Shown piece after piece: positions 1-12,794 of a stretch of 39,244 nt of DNA. This DNA is from Catajapyx aquilonaris (lineage: Eukaryota), in contig JYFJ02003648.1 in NCBI GenBank assembly GCA_000934665.2, positions 1 through 39,244 of the forward strand, given 5' to 3'. A program made the position numbers and the translations under genes. Numbering within the stretch: position 1 is the first letter of the stretch; each line of letters opens with the position of its first letter. The notes below the pieces were generated by a model. The model had not been told where the DNA came from and searched no databases. It worked only from the letters and a program-made list of their open reading frames with translations.

Positions 1-3000
1 GCCGCAGTGGCGCTTTCCCATGTTAAACTCGCATAGACGGTGGCGCCACTGCGGAATTTTTCCATGAGGCTCCGTAAGCCGCCATGGACCACTACTGCGC
101 ACGTATTGTACCTAGTAGGTGGCAAAATACGTTCATTGATGTACGTTTGCCATTACCAATAATAAATAAATAAATAATTGATTACCGTTCACAATGCTAA
201 TTCAAATTCTGTTATTTATGTCACCGATGTTGCATGGCGTCTTTGTAATAATTGAAGAACACCGACTTTAAAAAACATGGAGAACAAGTAGACATTCAGC
301 ACACCAAACAATAAGCGTATTAGCCTCTTGTTACGTTGTCCACATCCGGTGGTAAATTGACGTCATCAGTCTTAAAGCTTTGCAATCAGTCGGTAGATAC
401 TGTAGTTATTTACTTTGGCATAATTACGTATGAGTGATTTATTAGTCACCGCCTGGAGCCTGCAACTGGCTGGACTGAGTATATAGTGAAAATTATTTAT
501 GAGGATTCAAAATGTATGAATGCACTGTACCTGACTCCATTATTTGACATCTGATTCCACCCGAATGACTCATGTACTGCTTGTTTCTTTGCACATGGTT
601 TTCGCAAACCCAAAAAAGGGGTCGTTGAAGGATTTTATACTTAATGATCTTTTCTGCACATTTTCAACAAGTGAAATTTTGAAACTTCTGCGGTTGTAAT
701 AATTTGTTTAATTTACCACATTTTAACGAGTGCTCCCGTGTACCATGTACAAGATTTGCCCAGCCCACATGCGCTTGGCGGTTATTCGTAATCGCATTAT
801 TATTTTATGATTTCTGCTACTCTAGTATTTCAAATATGTACAGTACCAATTCTGGTAACAAACAGCAAGGAATGTTCCAATGTGGAATGTTCATTTTCCG
901 CATTTGAAATATTTAACTGATTAGTGACACCTTCACGATGTTTTGTGCTTTTTCCGTAACGCACAATAATTTTTGCACAATTTGACTTCAAATCACCATT
1001 CTGTGCTGTGAAAATGCTGACTTTGATAAATACGTATGTGCCCGGCATATCTTGAAAATGTCTTGGGATACCAAGCCATCGAGATGACAGTCACAAAACT
1101 GATAGTGTGAATGTTGCAAATGCAAGAAAAGTAAGAATAACTATTTTCTGTGACTGGGAAAATTCAAAGCAATTTATTTGCAAACCCTACTCGCCTTGAC
1201 TTTATCCATGATTTACGTTTTCGCGCATTTTCCAAAACTATCTGGTTGGATACACCACAATCGGAAACCAAAATCCGTGTAAATAACTGCGCGCAGGAAC
1301 ACCCCCCCCCCCCCNCCCCGGTTTGTTGGTATAGCCGCAGATTCCAAAACCACGCCTAAAGGTAAAAATATGCCATGAACCTGTGCAGCACGATCCGGAT
1401 TAACCCTATGTGGCGGTCAACACGTAAATCACACTATCATATATCATAACACTTTCCACGCCCTGCCCCCAGCACCTACATTCATCCGGGAAGGGCCGCG
1501 TGTTCATGTTTTTGAGACCTACAGTAGATGATATTATCTGAAATAGCTGTAGTACTACACTTCCTGAACCCAAACATGTGCACTTCATATGCTCCGACCT
1601 CCATCCCTATATACTGTAATTGATCTGCCTAGAATCAAGTCCTTGCAATCTGTTTGTGGAATTGACAAGCACTTTTGTGGGTTTCCTCATATGAAGCAGG
1701 CCGATAATGGGCTAGGGCACTCTTTTGTTAAACTCCTGGTAAGGCTTCGGTGTCAGGTAGAGAGATGATTGAATCGATTGATGCTCCGGGATTACTGGGA
1801 TCATCACCTAGGAGATTGGGTTACACTGTATGGAGTACTGTACACCAACATTGAATCATTCCTGGAGTCATCAAGCAAGACACTTTATCTACATAGTAAA
1901 GTTACATAAGTTGGACAGTTCTGCTTTCTTACATTTCAGATATTCAAGTTGGTTTAGAATTCTTAGCATGTCCGAAAAATTTAACGTTAGCTACTATACA
2001 GCCATCGGAATAGAAAATAACACTCTGTCTGCTTGCATACTTTCGTGGTCAACTATGTGAAGTATTTTCGAAGCCAACTGGTAAGAATATTGGGCAAATA
2101 TCTTACCTACCGGCAGCATATTTCCACCACAAAGTTTCTACCCCGGCTGAAAAATATTTTCCGACGTATTCTATCCGGCATTTTTCTCATTCTCAGGCCT
2201 CGTTTTGGCACCCAAATATTACTAGTCTTCACGACTGCATCAAAATTCCAATATGTTGTAGAATTTGGCCTTGGTTTACTGTACAGTGTATCATTTTCCA
2301 AGACACTTGAACAACATAGCAGGTTGGTGGAACTTGGTAAACTTTTGAAGGAGCCCACTTCTTGTGTTAGACAGCCACTTTGTGATAAATCTTTTTGAGC
2401 TTTGTTAAGCTGTGTCCACATGGCGTCGTTAGGTCGGTTAGCGGACTCCACAAAAAAATTCCAGCCAAGAGAAGCTTATTTGTGCCGAACAACAACTCAC
2501 AATGACTCCGTGTGAACTTATGTCAGAATTATTCTGACGTTTTGCTCTTAATTAAATGACAATTAAATGTAGAGATTCATAACTGCGCACTGGCAGGGTG
2601 CCATAATATTCAAACATGGACTTTATATGGCAAGTTTTTATCAGTGATCGATATTAACCTTTTTTTTTTGTGCAACTAGCCAATATCGGCATCATATTTT
2701 TCTTCCTTGCACATCCGCTCTCTGCACAACTGCCTCTTTTTACAACCCATGTCATTGCAGAGGGGGACACTCGATTGTGCCACATGTGTGACGTGAAATC
2801 CCCCACTCACAGGCCTGAAACACACTCATCCCAATCCCCCTCCCATACCCTCTATATATAACCGCATTCCCACAGTCACTCATGTCCCCTTTCCCACCTG
2901 ACAACATCCACACAAAATCCTTGCTGTTCTTGCACAATGGCCTCATTATAAAGCGGATAAAAGTGGGCTCCGTTTCATCAAGCTGAAAGCGCGGCCAGCC

Positions 3001-3209
3001 TTTGGAAATGATCCTGTTTTTTAGTCTCTACCACCCCCACACCACCCACCCATGATGCTAATAATCAGTGGCGCGTCACGCAACAATGCTTCTCTCTTTC
3101 TCCCGTCCATCCGATTACAGAGCGAGGCATAATAATACTGAGCTGCTATTTTTATTCTGTGGGATATCCACCAGTTACGTGCGTGTGTCCTGGCTAAGTA
3201 CTGTGAGCT

Positions 3210-3298
3210 TTCATTCTGTTGCTTGCAATTTTTTGGGAGGGATGCCCCCCCCCCCCCCCNCCCCATCCCTCCCAAAAAATTGCAAGCAACAGAATGAA
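3210..3298. repeat. Perfect 35-bp inverted repeat around a poly-C run containing an N
   Basis: TTCATTCTGTTGCTTGCAATTTTTTGGGAGGGATG (3210-3244) and its exact reverse complement (3264-3298) flank a C run with N at 3260. Confidence 0.9.
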
Positions 3299-3934
3299 CA
3301 TGAGTGTGCACCACACCCATTTCACACATCGCATTTTTTACGGACATTATACAGGGTGACTCTAAAGTCTGGACATACACGCATTGCCATGTTGCCAATT
3401 GTCAGCCAACAATATAATACAGCCGCTATTTGATGATTGATGATTTGATGACGTATTGTAGCCTACCTATCTAAAATATTTTTTAAAACTACGTTATATT
3501 TTTTGGAGATGTTATTTTATGCCCTCCTTTGCAGTTTGTCAGTGTGTAGCCATCTAAATACTGCGTGATGCCGCTGGAGGTGACAAAGGACTTAATTTCA
3601 ATTTTTGATGCGTCTCACCTCTCACGCTACCTTTTATAATCCGCTATACATTTTCTTATCATCCTTTTGTCAACTAAGTCTTGAAAACCCTAAAGTCGAC
3701 TGCACACTACACTTTGATAGGTTGCGTAGTAAATGAGATACTAAAAATTATCTCTTGCTCCCGAATGGCAGCACAACTGTAAAACCCACACTAAAAGCTC
3801 AAGCTAGACATTATTATGGTGCTGATTTTTGAATATGCTAGCATAATATTTTCTGAAAACTTCTACACATCGTGCATTATGCATTCTGGTTAAATTGATA
3901 AAATCGCAACGTGTTATGGACTGGGAGGGATATA

Positions 3935-4372
3935 CAGGGTGTATCAAAACTCTACCATAAGCCATGTACCAATGGCATAAGGGGCACCAGAGCATCATTT
4001 TATGTAGAGGGGTCATCATGTCTAGGCAGCTACATGAAGTAGATAATTGATCATTTGCGTAGTAGCGATTGCGCTTAAGCGTGATTGTAGAATAGCAGTG
4101 CATCTGGTGGGAACTGCATTCTAAGAGCCCTTAGTTACTACCCCAATAGCAGTGTGGCAGTAGCCCCCCAGAAAATAGCTGCGACCTTCACCTGTGACGC
4201 GATGGCGGCTGAAGGTTTACATACCTGCCAGGATATTTTATACTAGTTGGTTGAGGTCAATTATCTACGTGATGTGGCTGCCTAGACATGATGACCCCTC
4301 TACATAAAATGATGCTCTGGTGCCCCTTATGCCATTGGTACATGGCTTATGGTAGAGTTTTGATACACCCTG
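3935..4372. mobile_element. 438-bp non-autonomous Tc1/mariner-type MITE with TA target-site duplication
   Basis: TA|CAGGGTGTATCAAAACTC...GAGTTTTGATACACCCTG|TA; TIRs identical over 96 bp (3935-4030 vs 4277-4372) and extend to about 116 bp with 3 mismatches; no transposase ORF inside. Confidence 0.9.
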
Positions 4373-7300
4373 TAGAGCATAACTCACTCTATTTACAGGC
4401 AGGTCTAGATAAAGGAGGTCCAGGGGATGGCCAGAACAAGGCATGCTGAGGGGAAGGAAGAAGATGAGAATGGCCGAGTGAATCTAATGCGGAAGATGAA
4501 GTTAACAAGATGAAAGGGTCTGTGCTTGGGGCGGAGGAAATGAGTTGATCCCTCCGATTAGGTCCTCGCTCGCTGACTCCTTCCCATCCCCTTCTATATA
4601 AGGCTTGGCTGGCTAGTTGAATGGCTGGCTGACTCGGGATACCTGGATGGATGGAAATTCTATTCCACCACCCATCTCTTTTTCCCTTCTCCTTTCTCTT
4701 TCTTCTTCTGCCTTTCTCTATAAGGCGCCTCTCTCTTCGATGGGTATTCAATTCCCGCCTCCGGAAATTGTCGGCTTCCTTTTCCTTCCTCTCTTACAAA
4801 TCGATATTGGTAATAGCGTCCAAGTACCCTTGTTTTTCGCAGCATCATATCCTGTTCGGGAACATTTCATTCGCTGGTCCACTTGGAGGGATTTGTCCAT
4901 TTTATATTTATTGTCAGTTGAGTCCGGTCAGCAAACATATGGTAATCTACAACCTGGGTCTTCCGTATCAATTTAGAGTGGAAGATACAGAATAATGGCA
5001 CCATTTTTTACCAAAATAAAACAATGAAATTATTCCAAACAGAGCAAATGCAGGACCATAATAATAATGATCACGTGCTGGCCAGGAATTTACATTAGAA
5101 GTTACGGAATGTCTTACACATTTTTAAATACGATTTTGCCCACATGAGATGTTCAAAATGGCGAGATATACGAGTGTGCTGTTGTGTAGAATATAATACA
5201 AGCACAAAATAAACGATTTTGGTAAATTGTGCCAGCCAACTTATTTGGTCGACTCTGTCACTGCTACACCATTATTCATTGCGGGAAACTGATTTATTGC
5301 AATGTACAATAAATAGTGGCTATTAAATGACATCGTCAGTACCTATATTAACTGACGTTAATTAGTTGGAAGAGTGAGTCTATTACAAAAAATGGTGTTC
5401 AAATGTGTGTCCATTATAACAGCTATATAAATGCAATTAGTGCGCACTGTGCATATGATGTGAACACTGGGTATGATTATAATACGTACTGTACACTTAG
5501 TCAAATATAATATGTTGCAGTACGCCGCAGTCACAAATTACTAACAACGTAAAATCTGATGAGTTATGGTCCTGCTTTCGTTCCTAACTCTGAGTTGACG
5601 TCACAATTAGTTCTGGCTTTCCTAAAATCCGCGTGCAACTTGCTCATAAAATATATCACCAGCATATAGTTTGTACAAAATAAAAACCCAAGAGTGTAAT
5701 ATGAAACAGTATTTAGTCCTGCCTGAGGTAAAAAGCTCTGGCCTTCACCATATATGGGGCGCTCCCTACTACAGAGGACTGTCCAGCAATTAGTGGACAG
5801 GAAAGCCACTTTCATAGTACAGGGTTGCAGCTTGGGACTCACATATTCCTTCTACGAAAAAAACATGCTTTTAAATTCTCTGTATAGGACTTAACCAGAT
5901 GGTTCCCAAGTGTGCAGCACGTGCCCAGTTTATGGTGTCCGTGTCCGTATATGTAGGCATAAAAGAAACTTGCTCCAACACTAATTATTAAAACATCAAC
6001 ATCGCTTTAATAATATATCCCGCACGTAAATGAATTTTCCCCACAGGCCCCAAGCTATTGCTACATGTGCATCAAAGCGTCTCTCGGACAGCTCAGAAAA
6101 AAACATTCTGAGCGTTACAAAACTCATGTTTTGCGGGATGATCACAGTGCACTTCTAACTTGGTGCTGTTTGGCTGCGGTCGAGTCGCGACAAGGGGTCC
6201 AGAGGGTTGCATGAATTTTGCATCTGCCTCGGCCCCAGCCATAGCAAAAAAGTAAGGTCTGCCAAGGAATTCAGTCTCACAGGGGACATCAATACATCTG
6301 CCGGACATCCGCCAACATTGTGTATATATTTTTTTGTCGGATCAAATTTATGAGTCCTGCCAACTTGCAGGCAATGAAGGAGAACCTGGACAGCGATGGC
6401 ATCAGCCTGAGGGATAACCGTCATATATCAGGAGGGCCATTTGTCGCCGAGATTACATCGCTTAAAGCGATGATGCTTTAGTGGTTCGTGAATGACACGA
6501 AATTCATACGCCATTCTCCCTCTTTTCGCGATCGCAACGCCCGGACACACACAAAAATCATAGTGTACCGTTCTAGCCTGCTGGGAAAGGACTATAGCTG
6601 GTTGTTCATAAAATACGTATATGCCTCGTACGAACCAGCAAACGAGAGACGGGGCAATCAATATTGATGTAGGCCTACAAACTGGGTGTCGAGAACCTTC
6701 GTGTGCCGACACCTGATGGAAGTTTGAAAAACGAGGCACAATTTTTTTTTTTCTGAACGTCGCCGTAAGATATCAACTTTTCTCATGGATGCCGCATATT
6801 ATCAACATTTACAGATGTTATTATGCGCATTTATGCAGCGAAGTTCATGTGAGCTGTCGGGAGAGATATTTCCTTCTCGTTTGGGCCCAATTTATTCCTG
6901 CAGAAAGGGGAAATTAATGTCCATGAATTATGGATTAGTCCATGAAGTTGCATTAACGAGAGGCTTGTAAGGCTTTCCAGTTACAATCAGCTGCTGAGTA
7001 TATCCTGAACAATACACATTTCCTTCTTACTCGTAGAAGTAGTAAGTTATATACAGTAACCAGGGGGAAACATCTTCATGAGTAGGTACACACACCACAC
7101 CCTCTTTATATGAATTTATGAAGATATTATTTTATCCGAACATATGTAAGTGTGAAATTTTAATTTGACATTACTAGCTACCGTTAGTTCTGTGTTTTTG
7201 AAGCAAACTTCCCGGTGCATCTTCCCCGTCGTAATATATAGCCTACCGGTCCAAAATAATGTCACTCCCTACAAGTAATCTGGATTTTGAAACCTTTGAA

Positions 7301-9730
7301 AATGTGAGAGCCACTCAAACTTAAAGCCGAAAATAATTAGTCGCTGCACGAAGTATAAATCATCCGATAGGGAATCCGCACGTCACCCTCGTTCTCCCCG
7401 TCAACAGAAAGGACAGGCCTCAGAAGCAGCTACTTAGCTGCTTGCCACTTTCCCAATCAGCCCAATTATCTTTCCCGATTGCATTTAATTCGCCTTCCTC
7501 TCCACCTCTCCCAGCAGAGAGATCCTCTTCCCAGCACTGGAATGGTTGAGTAGTAGATAGCTATGTACTGTATACGCCCGAAAGGCTGCACATACCGGTA
7601 CATATGTGATACGTACTGTACTGTACATCCACTCCGGTAATTCTACAAAGCTCCTTTAATAATTCGAACCTGTGTGTTCCCTCAACGATTTTCTCGAGGA
7701 ACAGAAAAATACCTTCCGTGAATTGCACAATGTTTAATAATATAATACCCTCAGCCCCGGATTTCATTTGCTAATGGGAACTCGAAATATCTGCCCAAAG
7801 ATATTAGCTGGAAATATGCGCCCTGACACATTAATAAAGCCGGCCGTGGCGGAAATGAAAATGGATGAAAGCCTTGAGAATGTTGAATTCATTCCTTTTG
7901 CGGCTACTTTTACACGTATCCGCCAAATATAGCGAAATAAAATGTATATATACACTCTATGCTTTTAAAAATGTTTCGAACAAATTTAAACAATCAACAG
8001 CATACAATTTTTAGGACAGTATACTGCTTGTTATTTTGATGAAAAGTTGTCCTGGCCGTTGATGGTTTCCGGACTTTAGCCAGAAAGAGTAGACTATTCG
8101 GATGCCTTCCCAAAAAGAAGGATATTATATTCTTGGCCAGGCCCCAACCTCACGAACTTACTGTAAACACATTAGGCCCCAAGTTGGTCTACGCTGAACG
8201 CCTAATAATAGTGGCTCTAAGAATAACGTAGTCGTCTTCTCTCAAAGACATCATCATCACGTCAGGTCAGTAACCTCTCCTCGGCAAGCGATATAAGACT
8301 ATCTTCTAAACGTCTTTTTAAAACAGCCTCTTTAGAATTCCATCACAGCACAGCCCTTCTTAATCTCCCTTCATATCCACTGCAATTGCAAAAAAATACG
8401 TCTCTTATTTTAATCATCATTACAAATTATTAAATTTTGCTGCATTAAAGGAAAAGAAATTAGTTTCGCTTCAGAACTTTAGTAGGCTAACAACAGAGAA
8501 CTCGTACTGCGTAATGACTTTTGTACTGTGCAGGGAGTCCTCGTTACAACCGTAGAACTTTTGTGGCTGAAATTTCCTTATGCTAATCTCGGACTCGCTC
8601 AGTGGGTGCGAAAATGGAAAAGAGCAACTCTCGTATGTGGCTTTTATGAATCTCGTTGGATATTTTTGCACAGTATTACTTTATTAGCTGCCATATTCTG
8701 TCAATTTACAATAGTACTTCCAACTCCATCATTACACGCTACAGGGTTATTTCTGTCTCAAATGAAAACACTACTTGCACGTACTCTAACGGATCGTTTT
8801 TTTCCCAGGCACCTAACCACGTTTTCTGCAGCAAACCATCAAACGTGCATCCACTCTAAAAGTTCAGAGAGTACAAAATTAATATACATCTCTAAAGATC
8901 GCTTGTAAATCTCTCCCTTGCTTTCTGCTCCGAGTTAGCTCATTACGAATCTCACGTCTGCAAACTAGAGGCCATTATCTGATAAGCTAATCGCCCATTT
9001 TTGAACCACTTTTCCTTTGACACGCCCCAATAAATTACCCCCGACCATATAACATCCAACAGCTCGACAATATTGTGTCAAACGTGGCTCTCATGAAGTT
9101 TCTGACTCCATCTCATTTGTTTCAATCTTCCTCTTTGTTGGCATCCCTTAGAGAATCCTTCCCTCTCTGGCAAAGAAGCAACCCCTGTACAGCTAGTAAT
9201 TAGCAGAAATATGAACCGATGCTCTAAGAGGAGGTCGGGAGGCCATCATCATGGGGTCCTCCTCCTTCTCCCGGATGATGAAGCGCGTCCGGATGGTGCT
9301 GCTTACCCGCAAACTTGCACCCAGCCCACTTGGCTTTTGTAGGCCGAGAAATGAAGTCTGGAGGCGGCCTAGAGGCTGCAAGCAAGCGTGGATGGCAGCC
9401 TGCGATCGATGCCATAATGCTGCTTCCGCCGCCGCTGCCCCTGGCTGCCGAACATCGACCCAACCAACCCACTTGGGGGTAAACCAGGGGATCCCCTACG
9501 CTTTGCTACTAGTTACCTATTCCACTTGCCCAATGCTCTCTTTGCACACACTGACACACACCATATACACTGTACAAATACAAGGCTTCGGTTCGCAGAT
9601 GGCGTCCCAACTGGCGCCTTAGGTCCACATACACCAGAATCAAACATTGTAGTCTAATGAGGCTCAGTCCACAGAAAACCGGCTCATTTCATACAGTTGT
9701 GGCATATTGTGTGAATTTTTAAAAAAATTA

Positions 9731-9880
9731 AAAATTACATTTTTAAAATATTAAAAATTACCCTTTAAGAATTAAAAATTACCTTTTAAAAATTAGAAAT
9801 TACCTTTTAAGAATTAAAAATTACCTTTTAAAAATTAGAAATTACCTTTTAAGAATTAAAAATTACCTTTTAAAATTTTT
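9731..9880. repeat. AT-rich 21-bp minisatellite (about 7 units) with alternating A/B variants
   Basis: Units AAAATTACCTTTTAAAAATTA and GAAATTACCTTTTAAGAATTA alternate at 9775, 9796, 9817, 9838, 9859; degenerate units at 9731 and 9754. Confidence 0.9.
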
Positions 9881-11744
9881 AAACGAATGAGACGAAAAAT
9901 GAAACGCACAGATTTTCCACAGTAACCTGAAATGAGCTCTTTTTTAGGGGGACTGGGGTTCGTGATTATTGCAAGTGGCGTCTAATCCGGGCAGAAGTTG
10001 GTCTAATAACTCATGGTGTGGGCACAGTGCAGCGGGAGTTATGGCTGCGAGTGAGTAAGCGCAACGGATTACATTTGGAATGGCGATGTTTTCTTGAGAA
10101 AATTATGAGGAAAGTAAATCCGACATGATATTCATGGGGTGAGGACATTTTCCGTTTTGTATTTCATGCGATAATTAGTTGGAGCAGTATGGGAAGGGCA
10201 GGCATTAAAACATGGTTATACAGGCCACACCTTCGCTCCAAAGCTGAAAATGAATGATGGATATTACCGAGAGTCGAGGGGGTGACAATTTCTCACAACG
10301 AACTGTATGCACTGGTTCTTGGGAACCTGTCCGCTTCGCTTCCAAATTACAGTATACTAAGGATCTAAACGGATTACTTCAAACAGCAGCATGAGGGTTC
10401 TAACTTGTCGAATTATATGCAAATGTACATGGCGGTACACTTTCCACGTCTCTAATTAAATGGGAAACGTTTCCTCACCTCAGCCTTGACCTCAGAGGTC
10501 AGTTTAAAAACTGTGCTAATTTGAAGCACGTGTTTAAATTAGCATAATAAACATCTTTACTGACACATCCAGTTGTGCTCTCAGTTGCTCTCATATAATC
10601 AGGCCTTAATGGACATGTGTAGTACTCACGTGTTAAGTATTAAAATGAGAGTAACAAACCACCCTAATCACGCACATTTTCTTGTTCAAAGCAACTTCTT
10701 CTGCTCTTGTATGGATTTGAACGAGGGCATTAATTGCCTTTTCATGCTTACTCGTTCGTACTGGATAAAGATCGATGGTCAAATGCGCCAAAGGAGCAAA
10801 AAAAAAATAAGGCAGAGAAGGCCGTGGAAAAAGAGACCGGCCTAATGGAAAAAGCCGGCGAAAAATTCAGCGACGGGCGGAATTATAGAAGCACATTAGC
10901 GTTTGGGAAACTCGTTGCCAAAATTCCTGGCTGAGTAGGTAGAAGGAAAATTGGCCCAGCCTGCACTCGTAATTGACTTCCAGTGTTAAATAACTAGGAG
11001 GGTGTTGACTTTCGCAAAGGACTAGATCCGCTCCTAAAAATAATGCCCTCCACTTTTTTTTTCTGAGCCCATAATTTTAATGCGTTCATAACTAAGTTAT
11101 GATAATATTGTGACAGCCTTTTTCCGATATTTCGCATCCCATTTCAGTTAGAAATATTTTTGCAGCAAATAAAGTTGTGAGAAGACATGCATTATAGCAA
11201 AGGTTAATGGAGCGACTAGGACTGAGTAAATAGTGGTGTAGTATATAGCAGAGCAGTGTAATCAATTTTGAGTAATTTAGGTCGGCCTAGCTTGGCTGTG
11301 CCTGGTGGTGTATAACCCTCTCTAGGACCAGCCCCCTGCGGCAGACAGCAGATAGACTGGTTTGGGATGAAAGTGTAGAAATGCACTTACCCGGAGCCTT
11401 GTTCGTGGACCTAGACCGCCGGGGACCATTCTCGGGTGCTTTTCCGGCCCTCGCCAAACTTCGCATCCATTTTCCAAAAGAGTCTCTGAGCCATGCAGTC
11501 CTCTCGCCGCACACTTCCCAAGTGCTAGAAGCCCCTGCCTGGATTTCCAAGGCTTTCCGCCTCCTCAAACCCAGACTTGTTCGGAGGATGACGTACCCGT
11601 TACTACTGCTTAGATCTAAACGCGCCCCATTCTTAAGAGTCGCAGGAAATTGAAAGAGAAACTGTAACATCTTCAGGAAGAACCTCACAAAACTTGTGTT
11701 ATTCTTTTTGCAGCTTATAAAAGAAGCCAATAATCATCATCATT

Positions 11745-11831
11745 ACGTCATGTCGGATTGAAACAAACAAACAAACAAACAAACAAACAAACAAACAAAC
11801 AAACAAACAAACAAACGTCATGTCGGATTGA
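11745..11831 (+). repeat. (AAAC)14 microsatellite flanked by a 14-17 bp direct repeat
   Basis: ACGTCATGTCGGATTGA at 11745-11761 and 11815-11831; AAAC x14 at 11761-11816. Confidence 0.9.
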
Positions 11832-12690
11832 GGACAGCTAGGGTATTGTTAGTATACATTTAAATAGCGGGACATTGGAGCCTATACTTGTCATGCACAA
11901 GATGTTCCGTAGAACTGTCGGCCTTTCTCAGCGATTTAATTGCTAGCAATGTCTTCAAGGGTTCCACGCTCTCATCGCCACTTATGATGCGGTTTAATTG
12001 CGGGTGCAGGTAGCTCAACGTCTTGTTCGTCCGGAAGCTCAGAAAATACACGATAATTATCGTCGTCTCCTTGCGTTAAGGAAATTTCTAAGCCGTGTTT
12101 TCGCGCTTAAAACCTCAGCGAGAGATGTTCATTATAAACCTATTTGACTTGTACTAATGGCATTGTAATTATTCACTAATTATAAAATCTGTACCACTAT
12201 TATATTTTTAACAAAATTTGCAATCATTACAATAATTATTCTGACTTCAAAATTAAGCAAAGATTATCTGCTTTCCGTTTCGAAGCGTTTTGTCCGTCCC
12301 TTGGAATTATTGTTCTCTGACTTCTATTTGTTAATAATTCGCATCATCCGCACAGCTGATAGCCGCTGGTATTGTGGACAGTGGGGTATAAAATGTTGAT
12401 TGGTGACGAGCAATTTACAAGTTCAGCGCCAATTACGGACCTGTATGTCAGCGGCATGTTGTTACACAAAGGAAATTAACCCATATCGCAATTTCTCCCG
12501 GATAGTTAAACATTATAATTATATCAAAATAGTAATATTCAGAATCTCATTATCTGCACATTATCGAAAACCATGCATGTCACCACGACATTCAGCATTT
12601 TTAAACAGATTCTTAAATAACGTTTTGAAAATATAGAAGCAGAAAATAAACCCAGACTGCAAAGTGGGACAAGTGCAATTATAGGTCAAA

Positions 12691-12794
12691 CTGCACCATT
12701 ATTTAAACATGCCAATTTGATGCGCTCAATTAGGCAGAATTCATTTCTGCCTAATTGAGCCGTTAAAAATTGACATGTTAAAATAGTGGTGCAG
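12691..12794. repeat. 104-bp imperfect palindrome (foldback, MITE-like)
   Basis: Perfect 16-bp stem GCTCAATTAGGCAGAA (12724-12739) / TTCTGCCTAATTGAGC (12745-12760) with 5-nt loop; outer arms CTGCACCATTATTTAAACATG... / ...CATGTTAAAATAGTGGTGCAG pair with few mismatches. Confidence 0.8.

Noticed and set aside
520..2460. Exon-like minus-strand segments (ORFs 830-1048, 1406-1588, 2107-2451) with some splice-like sites
   Set aside because: Stops interrupt the joined models I tried and no domain was recognised
4385..4995. Possible solo LTR (TATA-like motif, purine/pyrimidine tracts) with overlapping ORFs
   Set aside because: No TG...CA ends, duplication or second copy found; the ORFs reflect low complexity
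8528..8908. 126-aa ORF
   Set aside because: GTG start, no recognisable motif, AT-rich intronic context
9731..9880. Regular repeats resembling a CRISPR array
   Set aside because: No unique spacers, no cas genes, eukaryotic context
10513..10543. Imperfect palindrome centred on CACGTG
   Set aside because: Short and AT-rich; cannot separate from chance or MITE debris
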